DNA of 24,000 bases from Chloroflexota bacterium (GCA_016210375.1 JACQUH010000067.1:911-24910); one strand, 5' to 3'; shown: positions 1 to 9,332, counted from the stretch's first letter. The notes: generated by a model from the letters alone, not told the origin. Numbers and translations are program-made.

Positions 1-2390
1 GCGGCGGCAGCGAAAACAAGGTCCGCCCTTTCCCACTGGCCCAGAATAGCATAGGCGCATGCGCCATAGTGCGCGTGATAAGAGCCCACTCTTGAGCCGG
101 TAGACTGAGCTGCTTCAAAGCTCCGCAATTCGTTTACTGCTCCATTTGGATGCCCTGTCAGAGCCCAGCGCAATGCAAATGTCCCTGGGTCGATCAACTG
201 GAATCGTTGAAGACCTGTGCGCTGGCCAAGATCCCTGTTCCGGTCCAGCCAGAGAGCGAGCCACGGCTGGTCGTGTATCCAGGGCCACACACTGCTGGGG
301 TAGAGCACCGCTCGGCTGGCAATGTATAAGTCTCTCCCCGCCTGAGCGGTTTCGAAAGCGCGTTGTGCATACAGTCTCGCCTGATCCAACTCGCCAATGA
401 AGGCGTTGGCTGTCCCAAGTTCTGTACATGCGAACGCCATCTGGTCACTGTCACCAAGCCGCTCGGCCATCTCTAGGGCCTGGTGCGCAGATTGGGTAGC
501 TTGGCCCACCTCAAGAACGCGCCACAGACCATGAGCGAGGCTGGACAGTGTCAGCGCCTTCTCGGGAGAGTCAGGCTCCCCTTCCAAGAGTTGGTTCGCC
601 GCTACGCGGTAGTGGTTGCTCTCGATCAGATTGAACCGGCCGGATGCGCCCGACGCTAGCGCGCCAGCGATCATCCGGTGCATGCGGGCTGCCTTCCGCT
701 TGTCGCCCAGTTGCAGAAGTACTTCCAACGTCTGCTGGTGACGGGCCAGGTCCGTACGCCCCAGCGCCATCTCAACATCCGCCAGCCGCTCCAGCACCTG
801 TGCCTTGCGGGGAAGGTCCTCCAGGCCGCTCTCCAGCACCTCCAGTGCCTGCTCATAGTTGACCCTGGCTCGTTCCCAGCTATGGAGGGCAAAGGCCCGC
901 TCCCCCGCCTGGATGCTGTAGTCGGTGGCCTTTGCCAGGTCGTTCCCCTCCAGGAAGTGGTGCGCCAGCGCCTCGGCGTGCTCCTCCAGGCGCGGGGCGT
1001 GCAGCCGCTCCATGGCCTGGCCCACCAGGAGGTGGTAGCGACGGCGACGGGCCGTGCCAACTCCGTCGTACACCGCCTGGCGCACGTGGCTGTGGGCAAA
1101 GGCGTACGCCTCTCGCCCGCCCCCAGCGCGCGGGGCGATGAGGGATGCGGAGGCCGCCCTGTCCACGGCATCCGCCAGGGCATCGGCGTAGTCCGCCAGG
1201 CGCGGGGCGTGCAGCCGCTCCATGGCCTGGCCCACCAGCAGGTGGGTGCGACGGCGTCGCGCCGCGCCGATGCCGTCGTACACCGCCTGGCGCACGTGGC
1301 TGTGGGCAAAAGCGTAGGCCTCCCGCCCACCGGCGAGCGGGGCGATGAGAAATGCGGCTGCCGACCCATCCACGGCCTCGGCCAGGGCGTCGTCGGAGAG
1401 GCCGGTGACCTCCCGCACCAAGGCGAGGGAGAACTCCTCGCCGATCACCGATGCCACCGCCAGCGCCCGCCGCGCCTCCTCGGAGAGCCGCCCCAGGCGC
1501 TCCTCCACCACCGCCCGGATGGAGCGGGGCAGCTCCAGGGCGGTCCCTTCCTTCAGGGCCAGGGCGCCGTTGGACTGTACCAGGGCGTCCCGCTCATCCA
1601 GGTAGCGGGCCATCTCCTCCAGGAAGAAGGGGTTGCCGCCGGTGAGGGCGTGCAGCGATTCCACAAGGAGCAGCGCGGGCGGCTGGCCCAGGGTGGCCTC
1701 CAGCATCGCGGCGGCCTCCCTGGGGACCAGGCCCCGCAGGGGGAGTGCCTGGAAGAGGCGCTCCCGGTTCATGGCGAGCACCGCTTGGGAGAGGGCAGGC
1801 GTCTCGTGCAAGTCGGGGTCGCGGTAGGCCCCCAGGAGCAAGAGGGGCGCGCTGCCTGCCCGCCGCGCCAGGGCGTGCAGCAACTCCATGGAGGGGGCCC
1901 AGTGGAGGTCGTCCAGGAAGAAGGCCATGGGCTGCCTGCGGGCGATGCCCAGGAAGAGGTGGCAGATGGCATCTATGGTGCGCTGGCGGGCCGCCTGGGG
2001 GTCCTGAAGGGCGGGCTGCTGGGCGGGAAGCCCGTCGCCCAGGACGGCGGCCAGGTTGGGGAAGATACGGGCCAACTCCGGGGCGTAGGGGCCAGCAAGC
2101 TCCAACAGGCGCTCCGCCCTGCCGGAGTCCAAGAGTTGGCGCACTGCCTCCACGTAGGGCTGCATGGCTATGCTGCCGTCCTTATCGTAGCGGCCGGCCA
2201 GCCAGCACAATCCCCGGTCCTGGGCTAGGCGCTGGGCCTCCCGGGCCAGGCGGGTCTTGCCGATGCCCGCCTCGCCGGTGATGAAGATGAGGCCGCCCTG
2301 GCCAGCGATAGCGGCGTCTAGGCGCTGGCGCAAGAACCCCAACTCTCGTTCCCTGCCGACAAAGGTCCCACTCCTTGAGTCGCTTTCCAT
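1..2390 (-). CDS. STAND-type P-loop ATPase (AAA_16-like NTPase N-terminus, helical/TPR-like C-terminal region); 3' end runs off the left window edge
   Basis: Absent from the ORF track because there is no stop inside the window. Hand translation from ATG 2390-2388 gives MESDSRSGTFVGRERELGFLRQRLDAAIAGQGGLIFITGEAGIGKTRLAREAQRLA. The Walker A motif GEAGIGKT is encoded at 2253-2276. I read every codon of this frame from 2390 down to 3 and found no TAA/TAG/TGA. The distal part reads like helical repeats (AHQALEMAERLGDSDQ, ELDQARLYAQRAFETAQ). No HTH or effector domain is visible within the window. Confidence 0.8.
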   Translation of the reverse strand, partial: MESDSRSGTFVGRERELGFLRQRLDAAIAGQGGLIFITGEAGIGKTRLAREAQRLAQDRGLCWLAGRYDKDGSIAMQPYVEAVRQLLDSGRAERLLELAGPYAPELARIFPNLAAVLGDGLPAQQPALQDPQAARQRTIDAICHLFLGIARRQPMAFFLDDLHWAPSMELLHALARRAGSAPLLLLGAYRDPDLHETPALSQAVLAMNRERLFQALPLRGLVPREAAAMLEATLGQPPALLLVESLHALTGGNPFFLEEMARYLDERDALVQSNGALALKEGTALELPRSIRAVVEERLGRLSEEARRALAVASVIGEEFSLALVREVTGLSDDALAEAVDGSAAAFLIAPLAGGREAYAFAHSHVRQAVYDGIGAARRRRTHLLVGQAMERLHAPRLADYADALADAVDRAASASLIAPRAGGGREAYAFAHSHVRQAVYDGVGTARRRRYHLLVGQAMERLHAPRLEEHAEALAHHFLEGNDLAKATDYSIQAGERAFALHSWERARVNYEQALEVLESGLEDLPRKAQVLERLADVEMALGRTDLARHQQTLEVLLQLGDKRKAARMHRMIAGALASGASGRFNLIESNHYRVAANQLLEGEPDSPEKALTLSSLAHGLWRVLEVGQATQSAHQALEMAERLGDSDQMAFACTELGTANAFIGELDQARLYAQRAFETAQAGRDLYIASRAVLYPSSVWPWIHDQPWLALWLDRNRDLGQRTGLQRFQLIDPGTFALRWALTGHPNGAVNELRSFEAAQSTGSRVGSYHAHYGACAYAILGQWERADLVFAAA
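981..1400. repeat. In-frame tandem duplication (2 units of ~207-210 bp, ~70 aa each) inside the STAND ATPase gene
   Basis: With a 210-nt offset, 991-1020 equals 1201-1230 (30/30) and 1071-1100 equals 1281-1310 (30/30). Flanking decamers match 8-9/10, with one 3-nt indel near 1121-1133. The protein units are ...REAYAFAHSHVRQAVYDGIGAARRRRTHLLVGQAMERLHAPRLADYADALA and ...REAYAFAHSHVRQAVYDGVGTARRRRYHLLVGQAMERLHAPRLEEHAEALA. Confidence 0.85.
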
Positions 2391-2736
2391 GTTGGCGTGT
2401 ATCCTCCCCACAAGGAGTATCAGCCGGAAACCGTTGACTCCGATGACACAAAGGTTTGGTGCAGCGCCCTGGACGAGGCGCAGCGGAGCGGGGAACGCCA
2501 GTCCGCAGACCTTTTGGGCCGCCCCTTTTATAACACTATTGCGAACTGCCTTCAAGGGGTGTGCTTGGTGATTGGTTTTTCGCCGCTACTGTGCTATCCT
2601 CCCACCGAAAGAAACGCAGCTATCCGACGCGGGACCCTCATCCACAAGAACAACGACTGATGCACAGGCCTCAACGGAACCAGGCTATAAGCCCTGAACA
2701 GACGCACTATTATCCCCTTGCACGAGGTAGGGCGCA

Positions 2737-4407
2737 ATGGCATTCGTAAACAAGTGGCAACACCTCTCCTCCCGCGCGGCCAGCATTGCCAATACTAACC
2801 CCGTTGCCTTCTTCTACCTTTTCCGCTGGCTAACCTGGCTCCTGGCAGTAGCCATCGTCTTCACCCGTTCTGCCCCTTACGTAAACCTTAGATACGAGCC
2901 TGGGCTGCTGATGTACACTGCCTTCCAGCTAGCACTTGGACTTCTGTACGCAACTTCCCTCCGCTCACGGCTGAACCCAACGCCCGATGGGATTGGCCAG
3001 GAGCGTCCCTCCATAGACCCCCTGGTAGTTGGCGTAGCCGATATGATAGGCAGCCTCGTAATCCTCTTCTTCAGCGGCGGTCTGGGCACACCCTTCTTTC
3101 ACCTTGTTGTGACAAGCCTCCTCGTGCCCTGCTTCCTGTTGCCCACCCGGCGAGGCCTGGCCGTGGCTTTCCTATTTGGCGCGTGCTATGTGGTGGCAGT
3201 GTTCATGGCGGGGGAACTCTTGGGCGGGGCCGTTGGCCTCGGCCACGCCAGCTTCATTACCCAGGTGACCCGCGACGTCGCCTCAGTGCTGTTCATTGGG
3301 GGCGCCGTCGTGTATCTCGGCCATCTGTTCCGTACCCTTCAGGCTGAAAGGCGACGCACGAAGCAAGCCCTGGACGAGACCGAAATGCTATTCACCCTGA
3401 CCCAAGACCTGGTCCGCGGAGGCACAGAGATGGAGCCTCTGCTGATGCGCCTTGCCCAGGTAATGCGACGCACAGGGATCTTTGACCGGTGGGCGCTGTT
3501 CTTGGCGGCCTCTGACGGCAAGCTGGAGCTGGCTGCATCTACGGTTGGCATTGAAGAGGTCAACATGGTAGTGGTAGAGGAGACGATGAGGAAGGGCCGC
3601 ACGGCTACTGGCCCGGGGGCTACGGCAGGTCAGTGGCAGACAACAGTGCCTTTGAAAGTGGGCGAGGAAACGCTGGGAGTCATGGTGGCTGGCAACAGCG
3701 CCAGCAAGGCCACCAACGAGCTATCCCCACTGGCCGAGGCTGTGGCCGGTCAAATTGCGATTGGCCTCCAGAACGCAATCCTTGCCATTCAGAAGGCGGA
3801 CCTGGCAGCCCAAGAGGAGCGTAGTCGCATCGCCAGGGAGATTCATGACGGCGTCGCCCAGTCCATCTACATGCTGAGCCTTCACCTGGAGACATGTGCA
3901 GAACTGGCCTCCCAGGGCCGAAGCGATTTGCCTCAGCGGTTGGGCGGTCTGGTGAACCTCTCCAAGCAAGCGTTGCTGGAGGTGCGTCACTACATCTTTG
4001 ACTTGAAGCCTTACCTGGAGGGCGAACAGAGCGTGGCATCCATGCTAGCGAGCCAGGTTGGTGAGTTCACCAAGGTGTCGGGCGTGCCCGCGTCATTTGA
4101 GGTGAAAGGCGAGCCCCGTCCGCTGTCCATTCCCGCGGCTACCTGTTTGTACCGCGTGACTCAGGAGGCCTTGGCCAACGTCTTCCGCCATGCAAGGGCA
4201 TCGCAGGTGCGGGTGACGTTGGATTTCCTGCAAAGCGAAGCTCGTCTGACAGTGGCCGACAATGGCATCGGGCTTGACCTCACGAAAGCTGCGATGGGAA
4301 ACGGGCTAGGAAACATGCGACACCGAACCCAGGTATTGGGTGGGGATTTCCAGATTAGTGCCACCCCTGGGCAGGGAACAGGAATTAGTATTCATCTGCC
4401 CTGCTGA
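2737..4407 (+). CDS. Membrane sensor histidine kinase (N-terminal TM helices, GAF-like domain, HisKA_3 dimerisation/phosphoacceptor, HATPase_c)
   Basis: 556-aa ORF starting at ATG. H-box EERSRIAREIHDGVAQSIYMLSLHLE. ATPase motifs DNGIGL and GNGLGNMRHRTQVLGGDFQISATPGQGTGISIHLP. Hydrophobic N-terminal third. The middle region is GAF-like (VPLKVGEETLGVMVAGN). Confidence 0.9.
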   Translation: MAFVNKWQHLSSRAASIANTNPVAFFYLFRWLTWLLAVAIVFTRSAPYVNLRYEPGLLMYTAFQLALGLLYATSLRSRLNPTPDGIGQERPSIDPLVVGVADMIGSLVILFFSGGLGTPFFHLVVTSLLVPCFLLPTRRGLAVAFLFGACYVVAVFMAGELLGGAVGLGHASFITQVTRDVASVLFIGGAVVYLGHLFRTLQAERRRTKQALDETEMLFTLTQDLVRGGTEMEPLLMRLAQVMRRTGIFDRWALFLAASDGKLELAASTVGIEEVNMVVVEETMRKGRTATGPGATAGQWQTTVPLKVGEETLGVMVAGNSASKATNELSPLAEAVAGQIAIGLQNAILAIQKADLAAQEERSRIAREIHDGVAQSIYMLSLHLETCAELASQGRSDLPQRLGGLVNLSKQALLEVRHYIFDLKPYLEGEQSVASMLASQVGEFTKVSGVPASFEVKGEPRPLSIPAATCLYRVTQEALANVFRHARASQVRVTLDFLQSEARLTVADNGIGLDLTKAAMGNGLGNMRHRTQVLGGDFQISATPGQGTGISIHLPC

Positions 4408-4443
4408 GCCCAGTCTCGCGGCACAAGGCAATGGGAGGTTGAC

Positions 4444-5103
4444 ATGGCACGAACCAGAGTAATGGTCGTTGACGACCACGAGGTGGTACGGACGGGACTT
4501 GAGGCAATCCTGGGGGCTGAGGAGGACCTTGAGGTGATGGCTGAAGCCGGGACGGTCAACGAGGCCGTGCAGAAGGCCTCGCTCTTCGCCCCAGAGGTTA
4601 TCCTGATGGACGTGCGCCTGGGCGAGGGCAGCGGTATTGAAGCCTGTCGCGCTATTAAGAGCGAACGGCCAGCAACCCAAGTGCTCATGCTTACCTCTTT
4701 TGGCGACGAAGAGGCGGTGATGTCATCCATAATGGCGGGGGCGTCTGGGTATCTGCTCAAGAACGTTGGTAGGGCAGATCTGATACGCGCCATCAGAGCC
4801 GTAGCCAGGGGCCAGAACCTCCTGGACCCAGCCGTCACCAAACGGGTGATGGAACGCCTGACGCGCCTGGCAAACAAGGAAGAGGCGCAGGCACTGCAAG
4901 CCGTCTCCGCAAGGGAGAAGGACGTGCTGGTGCTGGTGGCCCAGGGGCTCACCAACAAGGAGATTGCTGCCAGATTGGTCATCAGCGAGAACACGGCCCG
5001 CAACCACGTGAGCCAATTGCTGGAAAAGCTGGGCCTCGCTAGACGCAGCGAAGCCGCCGCCTTCGCCGCTGAGCACGGCTTGCTGAGAAAAGAGCGACCT
5101 TAG
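4444..5103 (+). CDS. NarL/LuxR-family DNA-binding response regulator
   Basis: 219 aa. Receiver domain RVMVVDDHEVVRTGL ... ILMDVRLGEGSG. C-terminal LuxR HTH LSAREKDVLVLVAQGLTNKEIAARLVISENTARNHVSQLLEKLG. SD-like GGGAGG lies 5 nt upstream of the ATG, which is 36 nt after the kinase stop. Confidence 0.93.
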   Translation: MARTRVMVVDDHEVVRTGLEAILGAEEDLEVMAEAGTVNEAVQKASLFAPEVILMDVRLGEGSGIEACRAIKSERPATQVLMLTSFGDEEAVMSSIMAGASGYLLKNVGRADLIRAIRAVARGQNLLDPAVTKRVMERLTRLANKEEAQALQAVSAREKDVLVLVAQGLTNKEIAARLVISENTARNHVSQLLEKLGLARRSEAAAFAAEHGLLRKERP

Positions 5104-5265
5104 TCTACGTGTGGCGGCGGGGGTCTACCTCTCCCTAACGTTTTCGCCGCGCATCTGTACTACCAGAAATGGTACCGACCAACCAGCCGTATAGGGTACA
5201 TTCGTTCCTGGGGAGGGCCTCTCCCCTACTTTATCATGGCCTCACTGAACACACAGGAGGGGGCC

Positions 5266-5814
5266 GTGGAACAAGCGATAGCGGTACGGCGGCCTTCTTA
5301 CAGTAACATCAGCATGATTGCCACGGCTGCCGCGGCGGCGTTGGCCGTAGGAGCCGACCCATTCCTCTTTCGGCGGTTCGCCGACATTGACCCAGCGGTA
5401 GTCTCCACTCTGGGCAATCCATCGGTGTTCCTGGTCAACGTAATCGGCAGCTTGACACTGTTTCTGCCGATGCCCGGCCTGGCGGTGGTCTTCGCCGGCG
5501 GCAGCGCGCTGAATCCATTTGTAGTGGCGATTGTGGCAGCGCCAGGCATGGCCCTGGGCATGGTGGCGTGCTACCTATTGGGGGTATCTGGGTCGCCCCT
5601 GATCCAGAACCTGACGGCAAGCCAAGGTAACGTGGCGTCAAAGGTGGTAAGCAAGGTGCACACGTGGTTCCAGAGGTACGGCGTGTGGGCAGGGGCAATA
5701 CGGATGCCCCTATGGAAGTTCGCGGTGGGAACATTCCCGGGCAAAGTGGCGCAAACATCTGTGGTGGCCCTGGCGGGCACATATCTGGCGCTCGCTGTCC
5801 GGCTCGTGGCGTAA
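5266..5814 (+). CDS. TVP38/TMEM64 (DedA-superfamily, VTT-domain-like) integral membrane protein
   Basis: The motif region LFLPMPGLAVVFAGGSALNPFVVAIVAAPGMALGMVACYLLG resembles the VTT re-entrant segment, and the protein is hydrophobic throughout. The ORF is open from ATG 5236. However, GTG 5266 has AGGAGG (5255-5260) at 5-nt spacing while ATG 5236 has no SD, so the start is uncertain. The second half looks shorter than typical family members. Confidence 0.6.
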   Translation: MEQAIAVRRPSYSNISMIATAAAAALAVGADPFLFRRFADIDPAVVSTLGNPSVFLVNVIGSLTLFLPMPGLAVVFAGGSALNPFVVAIVAAPGMALGMVACYLLGVSGSPLIQNLTASQGNVASKVVSKVHTWFQRYGVWAGAIRMPLWKFAVGTFPGKVAQTSVVALAGTYLALAVRLVA

Positions 5815-5876
5815 CAGTAGTTTGTCCCCCAGCGCCATCTCTGGCATAGTGCTGTCGGTTTTGGGAGAGCAGAAGC

Positions 5877-8800
5877 ATGGCAGGCAAAGGAATAACGTTG
5901 CTGCGACTGGCTCTGATGGACTTTTCACGCAACAATTGCCCCTATGTGGCTGCTGGCATCGCCTTCTGGGCCTTGTTCTCCCTGTTTCCACTGGCCCTAG
6001 CGGCCATCTCTATCATGGCCTACCTGAACCCTGGGCCAGAAAAACAAGGCTGGATCCTGCAAGGCATCGTACAGGTGATACCTGTGTCTAGAGAATACCT
6101 GGCCCAGATCATTGAGGACGTTTCCCAGGCGAGGGGGACCCTGGGAGTGATAGCAGCCCTGGGCCTCATCTGGTCGGGCACCGCCGTCTTCTCCTCTGTG
6201 CGCAAGGGCGTCAACCACGCATGGCACATCGGCAAGCCGCCCTATTTTCTGCTGGAACGCGCCACAGATATGGTCATGCTCCTTGGGGTAGCAGTCCTGG
6301 CATTCAACATGGTTGCCTTCACCACCAACCTGCTGGGCCTCTCCACGATGGCCCAGGCCCCTAACTGGATAGGAGGTGGGCTCACAGGCAAAGTGTTCCT
6401 GGAGCTTGGTGCGGTGGCGATGACTTTTGGAGTGTTCTTGCTGCTCTACCGGTTCTTGCCCAACACCCATGTTGTATGGAAAGACGTTTGGCTTGGGGCA
6501 GCGGTGGGCGCAGTGCTTTCTCAAAGTATCAGGATCGGCTTCACGTGGTTTGTTGTGCATTTCGGCAGCTTCAACCTTGTGTATGGCGTCCTGGGTTCTC
6601 TAATGGCAGCGATGGTATGGGCCTATCTGACCTCCATTGCCATCATGTGGGGTGCGCAGGTGTGTTTTATCTACAGCCGGCTCTACGGTAGCCAGCAAGA
6701 CCTGGGCATTCCACCAGACCTCCAAGAGGCAACTATCGTCATTGTTCCTGACAGGAACGTAGGCGGCTTGCCAGGCGTGTTATTCACCTTGGGAAGCTGG
6801 CTCTTTCCAGCAAAGAAGAGACGGGGGATGCCGTCAAAAGCTGATGGGAGGCAAGCAATGGCAGACACGTTGGTGCAGTTCCTGCAAGAGGCCTCGGACA
6901 AGTTCGGCTCAAGGCCAGCCCTCTTCTTCAAACCTGCCTTTCGCTACAGGCAATGGAGCTACCGGCAACTGTGGGAGGAGTCCGGCAAGGTGGCAGCCCT
7001 CCTCCAGCAGCGGGGACTTCAGAAGGGAGACCGCGCCATCCTGTGGGCCTACAACTGCCCTCAGTGGGTGCTGGCCTTCTTCGGCTGCTTGCGGGCCGGC
7101 GTCATTGCCGTACCCATTGACCTGCGCAGCGCCCCAGAGTTCGTGACCAAGGTTGTTGCCAAGACACGCCCCAAACTGGCCTTCGTCTCCCGTTTGACGC
7201 CGCCAATGGAGCAGCGCATGGAGATGGAGTGCATCAGCGTTGAGGAGCTAGAAGGGCTGTGCGAGCATCTTCCGGCTCTCCAGGATGTGCCAGTGGCCAA
7301 GGACGACCTGGCAGAAATCATGTTCACATCGGGCACAACCGGTGACCCCAAGGGCGTGATGATCAGCCACTGGAACCTGCTCTCCAACCTGGAAGCCGCC
7401 AGCCAGTACATTCCCTGCAAGCCCTCCTACCGCCTCCTGTCGGTCTTGCCCCTGAGCCATATGTTTGAACAGATGGGTTGTCTTCTCATGGCCCTGAGCA
7501 ATGGCGCCAGCGTCACCTATCCGGCCAGCCGGCAGCCCTCTGTGCTATTCCGCACCATGCGCGAGCGCCGAATCACTACCATGCTCTTGGTGCCCCTGGC
7601 CCTGGACTTGTTCATGAAGGGTATAGAGCGGGAGGTGGAGCGACAGGGCAAGGAGCGACTGTGGAACGCCCTGCTAACGATGGCAAAGCGCACGCCCTTC
7701 CATCTGCGAAGAGTGCTCTTTCGGCGCATCCACAAGCAGTTCGGTGGCAAGCTGGAATTGGTTATATCAGGTGGCGCGGCCCTTGACCCGGAGCTTGGGG
7801 CCAAGTGGCAGCTACTAGGTGTCAAGGTCATCCAGGGCTACGGCGCAACCGAGGCGTCTCCCGTCATAAGCTGCCACAAGATGAGCGACCCCAGGTTTGA
7901 CTCCGTGGGGCTGCCGCTGCCTGGCGTAGACGTGAAGATTCAGGATGATGGCGAGATACTGGTGCGCGGCCCCAATGTCACCCGGGGCTACTGGGAAGCA
8001 CCCGAACAGTCCGCTGCTGCCTTCAAAGACGGCTGGTACAAGACTGGCGACCTGGGTTACTTTGACAAGGAAGGCTACCTGCACATCCAAGGCCGCAAGA
8101 AGGACATGATTGTCCTTGCGGACGGCCAGAACGTGTTCCCTGAGGACGTAGAGGCTGTGCTGTTGAAGCACACGGCAGTAACCGACGCCATCGTGGTGGG
8201 TCTCTCCAAGGGCAGTGACACCGAGGTTCACGCTGTCTTCATCCTCAAGGAGCCTTCCGAGGCGCCAGCGATCGTTACCTGGGCCAACAGCCGACTAGAG
8301 GAGCGTCAGCGCATACGGGGATGGTCACGGTGGCCAGGGGAGGACTTCCCGCGTACCCACACGCTGAAGGTCAAGAAGGGCGTGGTGCTGGACACCCTGC
8401 GAGGGGTTGCCCCTAGCAGCCCGGCGGCAATCTCTGGTACCCCCTCCACTAGCAGCACTCCCCGCGCCCTCACTCGGATTGTTGCTGACGTGGCCGGTGT
8501 AGCCCTGGGACAGGTAGCCGCCGAGAGGACCCTGGGCGGTGACCTGAACCTGGACTCCCTGAAGCGGGTGGAGCTATTGTCGGTGGTGGAAGAGGAGCTG
8601 GGGGCCTTTGTGGACGAAACCACCGTTGGACCAGATACAACCGTCGGGCAGCTCCAGGCGATGATAGGGGAGCAGGCAAACGCCCACACGGTGCAGAGCT
8701 TCCCTGGCTGGGGCATGAGCTGGTGGTGCCAGCCCTTGCGTGGGACAATCCAACGCGCCTTCATCTTCCCCATGGGCTTATGGCTGTACCGGTTGCGTGT

Positions 8801-9332
8801 TAGTGGACAGGAGCATCTGGATGGCGTCAAAGGCCCAGTGCTCTTTGCCGCGAACCACCACCTGGCGCTGGACAACGGCCTCATCATCAAGGCGATGCCC
8901 AACCCTTGGCGGCGCAGGCTGGCCATTGCCGCCGCCGCCGACCTTTGGGGCAACCCTGTTAACGCAGTGATGAATCCCCTTCTGGGCAATGGCTTCCCCT
9001 TCGCCAAGGATGGCCCCGTGCGCGCTAGCCTGGATAACCTGGGACGGATACTGGACAAGGGCTGGTCCGTGCTTCTTTACCCAGAGGGGGAACTGACCGT
9101 CGGTGGGCCTATGAAGCCCTTCAAGAGCGGTACTGGCCTCATTGGCGTGGAAGGAGGCATTCCTGTGGTGCCGCTGCACCTTCTCATCCATAGCCCCGGC
9201 AAGCCGGAGCCATTTCCCTTCCTACGGAGAGGGCACGTAGAGATACGCTTCGGCAAGCCCATTTTCTTCCAACCCGGGGCATCGTACCTGGAAGCTACCG
9301 CCGCTATTGAGGGGGCAGTGCACACTCTGTAG
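5877..9332 (+). CDS. Four-domain fusion protein: YihY/BrkB-type membrane domain + AMP-dependent acyl ligase + phosphopantetheine carrier domain + PlsC/LPLAT-type acyltransferase
   Basis: 1151-aa ORF.
- aa 1-~270: YihY/BrkB-like polytopic domain (CPYVAAGIAFWALFSLFPLALAAISI).
- aa ~328-800: adenylate-forming ligase motifs [12 protein letters not shown] (7323-7358), GYGATE, YKTGDLG, GRKKDMIV, PRTHTLKVKK.
- aa ~860-935: carrier domain GGDLNLDSLKRVELLSVVEEELG, with the Ser codon at 8556-8558.
- aa ~960-1151: acyltransferase with HX4D motif NHHLALD (8853-8873) and YPEGE.
SD-like GGAGAG lies 7 nt upstream of the ATG. Confidence 0.9.
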   Translation: MAGKGITLLRLALMDFSRNNCPYVAAGIAFWALFSLFPLALAAISIMAYLNPGPEKQGWILQGIVQVIPVSREYLAQIIEDVSQARGTLGVIAALGLIWSGTAVFSSVRKGVNHAWHIGKPPYFLLERATDMVMLLGVAVLAFNMVAFTTNLLGLSTMAQAPNWIGGGLTGKVFLELGAVAMTFGVFLLLYRFLPNTHVVWKDVWLGAAVGAVLSQSIRIGFTWFVVHFGSFNLVYGVLGSLMAAMVWAYLTSIAIMWGAQVCFIYSRLYGSQQDLGIPPDLQEATIVIVPDRNVGGLPGVLFTLGSWLFPAKKRRGMPSKADGRQAMADTLVQFLQEASDKFGSRPALFFKPAFRYRQWSYRQLWEESGKVAALLQQRGLQKGDRAILWAYNCPQWVLAFFGCLRAGVIAVPIDLRSAPEFVTKVVAKTRPKLAFVSRLTPPMEQRMEMECISVEELEGLCEHLPALQDVPVAKDDLAEIMFTSGTTGDPKGVMISHWNLLSNLEAASQYIPCKPSYRLLSVLPLSHMFEQMGCLLMALSNGASVTYPASRQPSVLFRTMRERRITTMLLVPLALDLFMKGIEREVERQGKERLWNALLTMAKRTPFHLRRVLFRRIHKQFGGKLELVISGGAALDPELGAKWQLLGVKVIQGYGATEASPVISCHKMSDPRFDSVGLPLPGVDVKIQDDGEILVRGPNVTRGYWEAPEQSAAAFKDGWYKTGDLGYFDKEGYLHIQGRKKDMIVLADGQNVFPEDVEAVLLKHTAVTDAIVVGLSKGSDTEVHAVFILKEPSEAPAIVTWANSRLEERQRIRGWSRWPGEDFPRTHTLKVKKGVVLDTLRGVAPSSPAAISGTPSTSSTPRALTRIVADVAGVALGQVAAERTLGGDLNLDSLKRVELLSVVEEELGAFVDETTVGPDTTVGQLQAMIGEQANAHTVQSFPGWGMSWWCQPLRGTIQRAFIFPMGLWLYRLRVSGQEHLDGVKGPVLFAANHHLALDNGLIIKAMPNPWRRRLAIAAAADLWGNPVNAVMNPLLGNGFPFAKDGPVRASLDNLGRILDKGWSVLLYPEGELTVGGPMKPFKSGTGLIGVEGGIPVVPLHLLIHSPGKPEPFPFLRRGHVEIRFGKPIFFQPGASYLEATAAIEGAVHTL

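Noticed and set aside
678-2228. 516-aa plus-strand ORF (and overlapping ORFs 671..1369 -, 1745..2281 +, 2182..2451 -)
   Set aside because: It is codon-aligned antisense to the minus-strand STAND ATPase gene. Its translation is low-complexity G/L/Q/H/V-rich with no motifs, whereas the minus frame gives a clean Walker A and helical repeats. These are typical shadow ORFs of GC-rich DNA.
2391-2736. Promoters or a leader RNA in the divergent STAND/kinase intergenic region (for example TTGGTT-17-TGcTATCCT around 2574-2602)
   Set aside because: There are only weak hexamer matches and no convincing conserved structure. This is not supportable without transcript data.
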